From NCBI GenBank assembly GCA_964627245.1, contig CAZVGS010000001.1:89256-153255 (forward strand): 64,000 nt of DNA, given 5' to 3'. The stretch comes from an uncultured Gammaproteobacteria bacterium. Its GTDB lineage: Bacteria > Patescibacteriota > Microgenomatia > Levybacterales > GWA1-39-11. The position numbers and the translations under genes were made by a program. Positions 18,107 to 26,085 of the stretch are shown here, one piece after another. The stretch's first letter is position 1. Each line of letters starts with the position of its first letter. The notes beneath the pieces were generated by a model, which was not told the origin of the DNA, did no database searches, and saw nothing but the letters and a program-made list of their open reading frames with translations.

Positions 18107-18422
18107 GCGGGATGTGACAAATGGGATACTTCAGGATGTGACACCAGAGTAACCGAAGAATACTAAGATCTAATAATACTAAGTCTCACACTCACTCGCT
18201 TTCGCTCGCTCGTTGGCGCAGCAGAAATAATTGTTTTACCACGAATGATTACTATTAAGTTTTCTTTCGAGGCTTTTCTTATTCTCGGCTATAACGACAA
18301 GAGGTTTTCGCTTATCATTAACTCTCACAAAAATGATCAATAGTGTTGAGTATATAAGATAAAAGTGCTATATTGTATATATCTTTTCTGATAGAACGTG
18401 AGAGGTTCTACTTACTCACGTT

Positions 18423-18560
18423 ATGACTATTCAGGAAAAAGAACAATTAAAAAATTTACCTCCCTTACCTGAAGAGGTTGAAGCTAAATTGCGTGCATTC
18501 GTTAATCTGATTATCGACCGCGTGCAGGAAGAACAGGCCAAGGGGGTAGTAAAAAAATGA
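18423..18560 (+). CDS. Small ORF (45 aa) translationally coupled to the recombinase; candidate recombination directionality factor (RDF) or accessory protein
   Basis: MTIQEKEQLKNLPPLPEEVEAKLRAFVNLIIDRVQEEQAKGVVKK. Its TGA overlaps the recombinase ATG (ATGA). Preceded by the inverted repeat AACGTGAG-n11-CTCACGTT. Confidence 0.3.
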   Translation: MTIQEKEQLKNLPPLPEEVEAKLRAFVNLIIDRVQEEQAKGVVKK

Positions 18561-20233
18561 AGTATCAGGCAGTTGCTTTACTCCGTGTATCATCGACAAA
18601 ACAGGGCCTTCAGGGCGATTCTCCAGACGACCAAAAAGTTCAGATTATAATCAAGGCTTCCACCTTCAACATCTTACCCGAACAGATTAAATTCTTTAAG
18701 CTCATACAGTCAGCATCGGGCGAAATTCAGCCCGCACAGGACGTTATAGACTTCTGTAAAACAAATCAGGTTGAATACTGCTTTATTAAATCCATTGACC
18801 GATTTACGCGCGGTGGTGCCGATTTTTATCCATATCTTAAGAATCAACTTATAAAAGTAGGTGTTCAGTTAGTAGATGTATTCGGTGTGATCAATCCGAC
18901 AGAAGTGAATACTCTTGAACATCTCGGAATGTCATTCAAGTGGAGCAAATACCACCCTTCCTATACCTCCGAATTACTGGAAGCCGAACGCGCAAAGTCT
19001 GAGGTCCGGGATATTCTTTCCAGACTTATCGGGGCGGAAATCCGTTATATCCGTATGGGTTATTGGGTAGGTCCACCGCCACAGGGATTAGTTACCGATA
19101 AGATAGAGACTGACTTTGACGGAAAAAGAACAATTCTTTCCCCTGACCCGAAGCGAAGCATCTTCTTTAAGCGGATGTTTGAACTTCGCGCTCAGGGTAA
19201 TCTTACCGACCATGAAATAGTTACCGCAATCAATGAAATGGGATATAAATCCCCTGAAAGACGAAGAAGAAAGAGCAAGCACGACCCGACCGTTATCGGA
19301 ATAATCGGTGGTACGCCGTTAACCTGCAAGCAGATGAGAAACTTTATCGAAAACCCCATATACGCGGGAATAATCGTTCACGGATTCTCACAATTCAAGC
19401 CCGTAAAAGCGAAGTTCGAAGGACTTGTGAGTGTTGGTACATGGAACAAGGCCAATAGAGGCAGAGCTACAATCGTAACAGACGGAGATACGATCAGAAT
19501 TCTCAGACAGGAACCTGAATCGTGGCAATTAACCAAGCAGAAGCAGAATCCTGAATTTCCGTACAGGGAGTTCGTATTATGTTCTGAGTGTAAACACCCG
19601 CTGAAAGGTTCATTCTCTACCGGGAAACTCGGCAAAAAGTATCCGGGATATCATTGTTCGCTCAGACATAAGCTTTATAGAATCCCGAGGAAGGACTTTG
19701 ATAAAACCATAGAGAAATTTGTATCAGAGGTAAAGTTCTCCGACCGATTCAAACTATATCTCAAAAAGTACGCGCTTGAGGAAATGGAGAAACGAAGAAT
19801 GCTTGCGGTTGATGATTCGCTGCATTTCCAACAACTCACGGCAAACCTGACGGCCGAGAAAAAACTAATCCTTGAGAAAGTGAAAATCCTCTCAAATCCT
19901 CTCATGCTCAAAGAACTTGAAAAACAGCTTGAAGATGTGGAGGCAAAGCTTATTCAGGCCAAGCAGAAGCGCAATAATAAGGAAGAAGCTGAGGTTCAAA
20001 TTGACACTTTAATTGCACATGCGAATTATTACATGGAACACCTCAAGGAATTACTCTTTTCAGGCACGAATCCGATACGGGACGCGGAGTTTTTCAGCCT
20101 GTTATTTGAAGAATTACCTACCTATAAAGAACTGGAGGATGGAACACCTAAATTAGATTGTCTGTTCAGGCTAAATGAAGCATTCAATACGCCTCAAAGT
20201 GATGTTGTGAGCGGCCAGGGACTCGAACCCTGA
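18557..20233 (+). CDS. Large serine recombinase (integrase)
   Basis: 558 aa. N-terminal resolvase catalytic domain (ALLRVSSTKQGLQGDSPDDQ, with the Ser nucleophile). Recombinase domain, zinc-ribbon (CSECKHPL...YPGYHCSLRH) and C-terminal coiled coil. The last ~26 nt overlap tRNA-Lys. Confidence 0.85.
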   Translation: MKYQAVALLRVSSTKQGLQGDSPDDQKVQIIIKASTFNILPEQIKFFKLIQSASGEIQPAQDVIDFCKTNQVEYCFIKSIDRFTRGGADFYPYLKNQLIKVGVQLVDVFGVINPTEVNTLEHLGMSFKWSKYHPSYTSELLEAERAKSEVRDILSRLIGAEIRYIRMGYWVGPPPQGLVTDKIETDFDGKRTILSPDPKRSIFFKRMFELRAQGNLTDHEIVTAINEMGYKSPERRRRKSKHDPTVIGIIGGTPLTCKQMRNFIENPIYAGIIVHGFSQFKPVKAKFEGLVSVGTWNKANRGRATIVTDGDTIRILRQEPESWQLTKQKQNPEFPYREFVLCSECKHPLKGSFSTGKLGKKYPGYHCSLRHKLYRIPRKDFDKTIEKFVSEVKFSDRFKLYLKKYALEEMEKRRMLAVDDSLHFQQLTANLTAEKKLILEKVKILSNPLMLKELEKQLEDVEAKLIQAKQKRNNKEEAEVQIDTLIAHANYYMEHLKELLFSGTNPIRDAEFFSLLFEELPTYKELEDGTPKLDCLFRLNEAFNTPQSDVVSGQGLEP

Positions 20234-20279
20234 ACCGATTCCTTAAGAGGGAATTGCTCTACCATTGAGCTAGCCGCCC
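20208..20279 (-). tRNA. tRNA-Lys (anticodon CTT)
   Basis: Reverse complement reads GGGCGGCTAGCTCAATGGTAGAGCAATTCCCTCTTAAGGAATCGGTTCAGGGTTCGAGTCCCTGGCCGCTCA. Cloverleaf with acceptor GGGCGGC/GCCGCTC (G2-U71), D-arm GCTC/GAGC, anticodon loop CTCTTAA, T-loop TTCGAGT. CCA not encoded. Confidence 0.8.
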
Positions 20280-20319
20280 GCGTAAAACTCACTGCGTTCG
20301 TCACGCGGTGAACCCTACT

Positions 20320-20607
20320 CTACATCTCACCGACCTTGTCACTGTGTGAATGATGTATTATATAATTTTTAAGTTGCTTTTTTAAGTAATTTCTTCCTGA
20401 ACCACTTTTTAAGAATTTTTCCTTTGAAGTGGCATCGGATCTGTTCAAATAGGCCTCACAGTATATAAGCTTCCAAGGCTTATAAGATTTAGTTGATTGA
20501 ACTAAACCCTTGTTATGTTTGCCCAAACGAACTATCACATTTGATGGTGTGAATCCGATATACCACTTTTTCGTGCTTATACTTTCTAGAACGTAAACTT
20601 TATACAT
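20320..20607 (-). CDS. GIY-YIG nuclease family protein (YhbQ/UPF0213-like), 95 aa
   Basis: MYKVYVLESISTKKWYIGFT...RLGKHNKG...KPWKLIYCEAY... matches the short stand-alone GIY-YIG family. I place the start at the internal Met (20607) so the gene does not overlap tRNA-Arg. Confidence 0.6.
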   Translation of the reverse strand: MYKVYVLESISTKKWYIGFTPSNVIVRLGKHNKGLVQSTKSYKPWKLIYCEAYLNRSDATSKEKFLKSGSGRNYLKKQLKNYIIHHSHSDKVGEM

Positions 20608-20655
20608 TCCGCTCTTGCTTGCAACGTGATCCCGCAATTGCGGGATTTTACGCTG

Positions 20656-20728
20656 CGCGCCCGAAGGGAGTCGAACCCCCAACCGTCTCGTCCGAAGCGA
20701 GATGCTCTATCCATTAAGCTACGGGCGC
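20656..20728 (-). tRNA. tRNA-Arg (anticodon TCG)
   Basis: Reverse complement reads GCGCCCGTAGCTTAATGGATAGAGCATCTCGCTTCGGACGAGACGGTTGGGGGTTCGACTCCCTTCGGGCGCG. Acceptor GCGCCCG/CGGGCGC, anticodon loop CTTCGGA. A GC hairpin (CCCGCAATTGCGGG) lies just past the 3' end. Confidence 0.7.
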
Positions 20729-20852
20729 CCGAACTCCTTCACTAAAAAAGCTATAGGTTTGAATGAACTTACTTATTTTACCAGAAAGTATGTTTTACCT
20801 CAATTCGTATATTTTTGGACTTTTTTTTGCTATACTCAGTTTGAGGTCAAAT

Positions 20853-21800
20853 ATGAATCCTGAATTTTCAGTTATAGTTCCTGTTTTTAACGAAGAAGAA
20901 AGTCTTTCCGAGCTTATAGCGCGTATTGGATCTGGTTTTAAGAGTTTTGGCAGAACTTACGAGATAATTTTTGTTGATGACGGATCAACAGATGCGTCAC
21001 TTGAGCTTTGCAAAAAATATGCACGTGATCACAAGAATATTCATGTGCTTTCATTTAGAAAAAATCTCGGAAAGTCTCCTGCATTAACAGTAGGTTTTGA
21101 GCATGCAAAAGGCGATTTTATTGTTACAATGGATGCCGATTTGCAAGACGATCCTAACAATATTCCCAAGTTGTTTGCAAAACTTGAAAAGGACAATTTA
21201 GATCTGGTGTCAGGATGGAGAAAAGAAAGACGTGACAGTTTTACAAAAAAAATCTCATCAAAACTATTTAATAAAGTTATTATTCCTGTTCTTTTTAACG
21301 TTAACTTTCATGATATGAATTGCGGACTCAAACTTTATAAAAAAAGCTTGGCAAAAGAGTTGAGGATTTACGGAGGAATGCACAGATTTATCCCTGTATT
21401 GGCATCTGAGATGGGATACAAGGCAGCAGAGGAAGCCATAGTCCATCATGCCAGAAAATACGGCTACTCAAAATACAAACCAACTAAAATACTAACGGAC
21501 ATCCCCGATATTTTTACGATGTTTTTCTTAACAAAGTACACAAGACGTCCTCTTCATTTCTTTTTCCAACTGGGTGCTATTTTGCTTTTTTTAGGATTTT
21601 CAATACTTTTATATTTAACATTTATCAAGTTGTTTCTTGGGGAAACTATTGGAGGTAGACCTCTTTTAATATTTGGCGTACTTTTTGTAATCGGAGGAGC
21701 ACAAACTATATTTACGGGTCTTCTTGCCGACTTGATAGTAAAAGTAAATGAAAAAAGCATTAATAACTATCTCATAAAATTTAAGTCGCCTTCTTTATGA
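20853..21800 (+). CDS. Polyprenyl-phosphate glycosyltransferase, GT2 family (GtrB/ArnC/DPM1-like)
   Basis: FSVIVPVFNEE, FVDDGSTD, TMDADLQDDP, plus two C-terminal TM helices. Start taken at the internal Met 20853; the ORF-track start 20763 adds an unlikely leader. Confidence 0.75.
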   Translation: MNPEFSVIVPVFNEEESLSELIARIGSGFKSFGRTYEIIFVDDGSTDASLELCKKYARDHKNIHVLSFRKNLGKSPALTVGFEHAKGDFIVTMDADLQDDPNNIPKLFAKLEKDNLDLVSGWRKERRDSFTKKISSKLFNKVIIPVLFNVNFHDMNCGLKLYKKSLAKELRIYGGMHRFIPVLASEMGYKAAEEAIVHHARKYGYSKYKPTKILTDIPDIFTMFFLTKYTRRPLHFFFQLGAILLFLGFSILLYLTFIKLFLGETIGGRPLLIFGVLFVIGGAQTIFTGLLADLIVKVNEKSINNYLIKFKSPSL

Positions 21801-24079
21801 ATTTGAAGAATCTGCTCCGTTTTTTCTTAGGAATTCCTCTAACAATAATTGCGTTCATTTTTATAGGAAAAATTTTTGTTGACGGACGCTATCAAATATT
21901 TGACTCAATCAAAACAATCAAGCCAGAGCTTTTTTTTCTTGGATTTTTATTTTATGCTACCTTTTTTGCGGTTAAGTCTTTTGCTTGGATTAAGATTTTA
22001 TCCGCGCGCGGACACAGCCCAGATCCCAGACAAACCATTTACCACTACTCTCTTTCCGAAATAAGAAGATACATACCCGGTAGTATTTTTGCATTCATCG
22101 GCAGGGTTGACACACACAAAACAATTCCTAAAAAAGAAACCCTGAAAGGAATTGGCATTGAAGCAATTCTTTTAGTAAGCTCTGCACTAATTGTTTCAAT
22201 GCCGGCACTTTTTTTCCTTGTACAAAAAACTCTTCCGCAGATATTGCTGGGTATGAAGATTTTAGTTATATCCCTTACTGTTTTTTTTATATTTTTGTCA
22301 TTATTTAAAAAGAAAGTTGGTACTATAGTAATAAAGTATATAAACTTATTTTTTATCTTCGTGATTGCCTGGTCCTTCTATGCTATTGGCAGTCTTCTTA
22401 TTTTTTTATCTCTCACTTTTGTAAATCCGCAAGATTATATAACAATAGCATCAATTTTTACGCTTTCATGGATGGGAGGATACTTACTTTTTATAACCCC
22501 TATGGGTCTTGGGGCAAGGGAACTTATTACGACTTTTGCACTCTCTTTTTATATTTCGCCTGCACTTGCAGGAGCGCTAGCCGTTATTACAAGACTTTCA
22601 ATGATATGCGGTGAATTATTTTACCTTGCATTTTCTTACTCTTTCTCAAAAGTAAAAAACAATTCTTTTATTGTTAAAGTAAATCCTTTTCTTACAATAG
22701 TTGTTGCGATTGCATTTCTTTATTTTATTTTTTTCTCCTACTACAGCATCGCAAAACACGACACTTTCTTGACTGGACGGTTTGATCTGGGGAATATGGA
22801 TCAGACCGTTTGGAATACTCTACACGGGAGATTTTTTGAACTTACAAATCCTGACGGGGTGAATAATATTTCAAGACTTGGAGTACATTCCGATATTTTT
22901 CTCATTTTTCTAGCTCCTCTTTATCTGCTTTGGGAAAGCCCAAAAATACTTCTTATCTTTCAATCATTATCTTTAGCCACAGCTGGAATTTTGATTTATC
23001 TAATCGCAAAAAAAATAACCGGTAAAGAAATAATTTCTTTTATCTTCGCCCTGTCTTTTTATTCAAATTTTTGGATTCATGAACAAAATCTCTTTGATTT
23101 TCATGCCGTATCAATTGCAACCATGCTACTGCTTGCTGCGTTTTACTTTCTTATTGAGAAGAAAGCACGGTTGTTTCTGTTTTTTCTTCTGCTTGCAGCA
23201 TCCACAAAAGAAAATATATTTTTTATTCTTTCTATATTCGGATTGTTCTTTCTCAAGAAAAAAGCCTGGGGTATTGGTCTAGTTTTAACCATTGTACCAA
23301 TTATAATTTTTTTCTTTCTGATAACTTATGCCATACCTGTAGCAAGAGGAGAAGAGCATTTTGCTCTTGATGCTTATCAATATCTCGGAAATTCACCGAT
23401 AAATATGCTAAAAAATGCAATACTAAATCCTTCAATAATAAGTCGTCAAATATTCAATTATTCTACTTTTGAGTATCTTAATAATCATTTTTTCCCTACT
23501 GGATATTTAACATTGCTTTCCCCTTTTTATATTCTTTTTGCATTACCCGATATGGCAATTTATCTATTCTCCGCAAATTTTGGCTACAGATCATACCAGT
23601 ACCATTTTGGAGCAGCAATTCTTCCCTTTATCTATATTGGCGCTATGTTTGGTTTTAATAAACTCATCACCAAATTTAAGAATTATAAATCAGAAAACAT
23701 TATTTACTATTACTTAGTATTTATAACCTTATATACTCTTTACTATTACTCGCCAATTCCGGGAATGAAGAATGGAGACGCCTCACCGCTTTATGTTAAA
23801 AACGCGGAAGTTATTGAAAAATATCTTACTTATATTCCGTCAACTATCGATGTTGCCGCGTCAAATTCGCTTGGAGCTCATTTATCCCAAAGAGAAAAAA
23901 TTTATGTTATCCCTTACGGAATAAATCGATCTACATATATAGCCCTGTATAAGGAACAGCAGGCAATACTTGACATGGTAGACTGGACTAAGTATGACTT
24001 TGTTATACGGGATGAAAAAAATAATTTTTTTATACTTAGGAGAAAATTCAATTTAACATGCGCGGACTGCATGCCCTAA
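21797..24079 (+). CDS. Large polytopic membrane protein. N-terminal flippase-like region (LPG-synthase-TM-like) fused to a GT-C-like / DUF2079-like domain; probable partner of the upstream GT2
   Basis: 760 aa with more than 15 predicted TM helices. 4-bp overlap with the GtrB-like gene. Confidence 0.45.
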   Translation: MNLKNLLRFFLGIPLTIIAFIFIGKIFVDGRYQIFDSIKTIKPELFFLGFLFYATFFAVKSFAWIKILSARGHSPDPRQTIYHYSLSEIRRYIPGSIFAFIGRVDTHKTIPKKETLKGIGIEAILLVSSALIVSMPALFFLVQKTLPQILLGMKILVISLTVFFIFLSLFKKKVGTIVIKYINLFFIFVIAWSFYAIGSLLIFLSLTFVNPQDYITIASIFTLSWMGGYLLFITPMGLGARELITTFALSFYISPALAGALAVITRLSMICGELFYLAFSYSFSKVKNNSFIVKVNPFLTIVVAIAFLYFIFFSYYSIAKHDTFLTGRFDLGNMDQTVWNTLHGRFFELTNPDGVNNISRLGVHSDIFLIFLAPLYLLWESPKILLIFQSLSLATAGILIYLIAKKITGKEIISFIFALSFYSNFWIHEQNLFDFHAVSIATMLLLAAFYFLIEKKARLFLFFLLLAASTKENIFFILSIFGLFFLKKKAWGIGLVLTIVPIIIFFFLITYAIPVARGEEHFALDAYQYLGNSPINMLKNAILNPSIISRQIFNYSTFEYLNNHFFPTGYLTLLSPFYILFALPDMAIYLFSANFGYRSYQYHFGAAILPFIYIGAMFGFNKLITKFKNYKSENIIYYYLVFITLYTLYYYSPIPGMKNGDASPLYVKNAEVIEKYLTYIPSTIDVAASNSLGAHLSQREKIYVIPYGINRSTYIALYKEQQAILDMVDWTKYDFVIRDEKNNFFILRRKFNLTCADCMP

Positions 24080-25426
24080 TTAGTCTTTCAAAACATTATA
24101 CTCTTTCGGAAAATATAAAAAAGAAGCAGGAACATCATCTGTTAAATACTTCTGAAAATCGGAATATATCTTTTTTCTCTCCTCAACATCTGTAATTGAT
24201 CTTCCGTCTTCAAGTAATTTATCTATTCTAAGATTTTTATAGAAAGTTATGTTATTAACTTGATCGGAATGCCAAAGTACGTATTGATCGGGATCCTTAG
24301 GAAGCTTAATTTTATACATGAAGGCTTGAAAGTCGGAAGGCATATCTCCCACAATTTTTATTTTTGAATCTATTCCAATTTTCTTCCAAGCTTTTTGCAC
24401 CTCTTCAGCAACCTTGTGATATTCATCTGTTGTTGAAATTTCGATAGGCTCTATCGGCTTATCCTCAACCATATCAAGTATAGTTTTTGCAAGCTCAAAA
24501 TCAGCAATTTTATAAGAGGGAGGCTGACTAAAATATTGGGAGGTCGGCGGTATGGGACCAAAAGCTCTCTCGCCTGCATCCAGGCCCCCCGGAAGAGCAT
24601 AATTTAAGGCTTGACGTATTTTTTTATTATTTAACACTGAGTCATTGCTGTTATAAAAAATTGCAACAAGGGAATCGTAATTAATGTAAGCCTCCGACTT
24701 AACCTTTCCCCACTTTGAAAGATCAGTATTGTCAATAAGAGTATTTGAAACTCCATAGATCCTGCTGACTTCACCTAACATAAAAGCAATTTTTAAGGCC
24801 CTTTGGGTTGGATAAAAGTATATTTTCTGCTTTTTTTCTTTTGACTTAGGATCCGACAAAGTCAAACTCCTGACATAACCTCCATTAAGATCAACGTCAG
24901 ATACCTTATACTTGCCTATTCCCGATAAATTTTTTCCGAATATAGGCCTGGAGGTGCTTACAAGAAAAGGTGAGTATGCGTTTTTTAGAGTATAAGAAAT
25001 AGTATATTTATCTACAGGTTTTACCAAAACATCCGCAAAATTGAGGTCAACATTCTCACTGGTTAGTTCTTTTCCATCATGAAATTTTATACCTTTCTTC
25101 AGCTTGAATGTATAAGTTTTTTCGTCTTTAACTGTCCATGACTCAGCAGCGCCCGGCTGAATTTCTCCTTTTTCGTTCACTTTGGTAAGTCCATAGCTTA
25201 CATTTTCCAATATGTCATCAGGCAGTGTTTGAATAGTATAAGTTCCGGCATAACCAATATCCTGACTCGTCTTGAAGATTAGTGGTCTGAAGTAATAATT
25301 TAGAAGCCCAATGAATGCAAAAAAAACAAATATCCCAAGAATCGCAGAACTTATTATAGTTTTGCTCATTTTCCTGAAATACGCCTTGATAAGCCACGCG
25401 TAGTAGCGCCTCTTTAAACTTGCCAT
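24080..25426 (-). CDS. Membrane-anchored solute-binding protein, family 5 (OppA/DppA-like)
   Basis: 448 aa. N-terminal TM anchor; ESWTVKDEKTYTFKLKKGIKFHDGKELTSENV matches the SBP_bac_5 signature. Confidence 0.5.
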   Translation of the reverse strand: MASLKRRYYAWLIKAYFRKMSKTIISSAILGIFVFFAFIGLLNYYFRPLIFKTSQDIGYAGTYTIQTLPDDILENVSYGLTKVNEKGEIQPGAAESWTVKDEKTYTFKLKKGIKFHDGKELTSENVDLNFADVLVKPVDKYTISYTLKNAYSPFLVSTSRPIFGKNLSGIGKYKVSDVDLNGGYVRSLTLSDPKSKEKKQKIYFYPTQRALKIAFMLGEVSRIYGVSNTLIDNTDLSKWGKVKSEAYINYDSLVAIFYNSNDSVLNNKKIRQALNYALPGGLDAGERAFGPIPPTSQYFSQPPSYKIADFELAKTILDMVEDKPIEPIEISTTDEYHKVAEEVQKAWKKIGIDSKIKIVGDMPSDFQAFMYKIKLPKDPDQYVLWHSDQVNNITFYKNLRIDKLLEDGRSITDVEERKKIYSDFQKYLTDDVPASFLYFPKEYNVLKD

Positions 25427-25433
25427 ATAAAAA

Positions 25434-25649
25434 CTACTGCAGTACGAGAGCTAAGATGGAGTTGGCCGCAAAAAGAACAGCTAGTATTATTGTTGCGTAA
25501 AATAAGAATTTTTCAAGACCCCGCTTGCTCCGAAAACTCTCTCCGCCGCCGCCAAATGCAATTCCTGCTTCACTTCCCCTTCTTTGAAGGGTAATGACCA
25601 GAACTAAACCTATTGATAAGAATACCTGAACAATAGCAAAAATATTCAT
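25434..25649 (-). CDS. secG: Preprotein translocase subunit SecG
   Basis: 71 aa. Two TM helices flanking GIAFGGGGESFRSKRG, the canonical SecG Gly-rich loop. Confidence 0.6.
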   Translation of the reverse strand: MNIFAIVQVFLSIGLVLVITLQRRGSEAGIAFGGGGESFRSKRGLEKFLFYATIILAVLFAANSILALVLQ

Positions 25650-25650
25650 T

Positions 25651-26055
25651 TTATTTCCCGAAAAGCCAGTTTATGACCTTAGTGATGAGGTATATTGTAA
25701 CAGAAATGAGCACGTAAGACAAAAGGGTTGTTACGTAAAATCGGTGGACTTCAATTCCCCAAAAACTATATCCGGAAAAGGTAAACGGCCTTATTTCAAT
25801 CGGAGGATATATAAGGGTTATTAGAAAGAGTATAAAAGCAATTATAAGCACGCTGAATAATCCAAGGCTTATTAAATTGAAAGGTAAAGAGATAATAGAC
25901 AATACAGGCTTTAACACTTTATAGCCTATTGCAAGAAGTATTCCCCCAATAAAAAGCGTGTTAAATCCTCCGTGAAGCACCAATCCCTCAAAAATAATTT
26001 GAGTTAAATAAAGAGCGAATGCGTAAAGCAGGATGTTTTTTAGAATTGCTTTCAT
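25651..26055 (-). CDS. DUF360 / phage-holin-4_2-family membrane protein (YvlD-like)
   Basis: 134 aa. Four TM helices with a GGFNTLFIGGILLAIGYKVLKPVL pattern characteristic of the family. Confidence 0.5.
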   Translation of the reverse strand: MKAILKNILLYAFALYLTQIIFEGLVLHGGFNTLFIGGILLAIGYKVLKPVLSIISLPFNLISLGLFSVLIIAFILFLITLIYPPIEIRPFTFSGYSFWGIEVHRFYVTTLLSYVLISVTIYLITKVINWLFGK

Positions 26056-26085
26056 CTATATAGAATAACATAAATGAAGGTGAAA

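Noticed and set aside
20320-20682. 120-aa ORF-track version of the GIY-YIG gene
   Set aside because: Its first 25 codons overlap tRNA-Arg. The internal Met at 20607 begins the conserved MYKVYVLES block, so the shorter gene is preferred.
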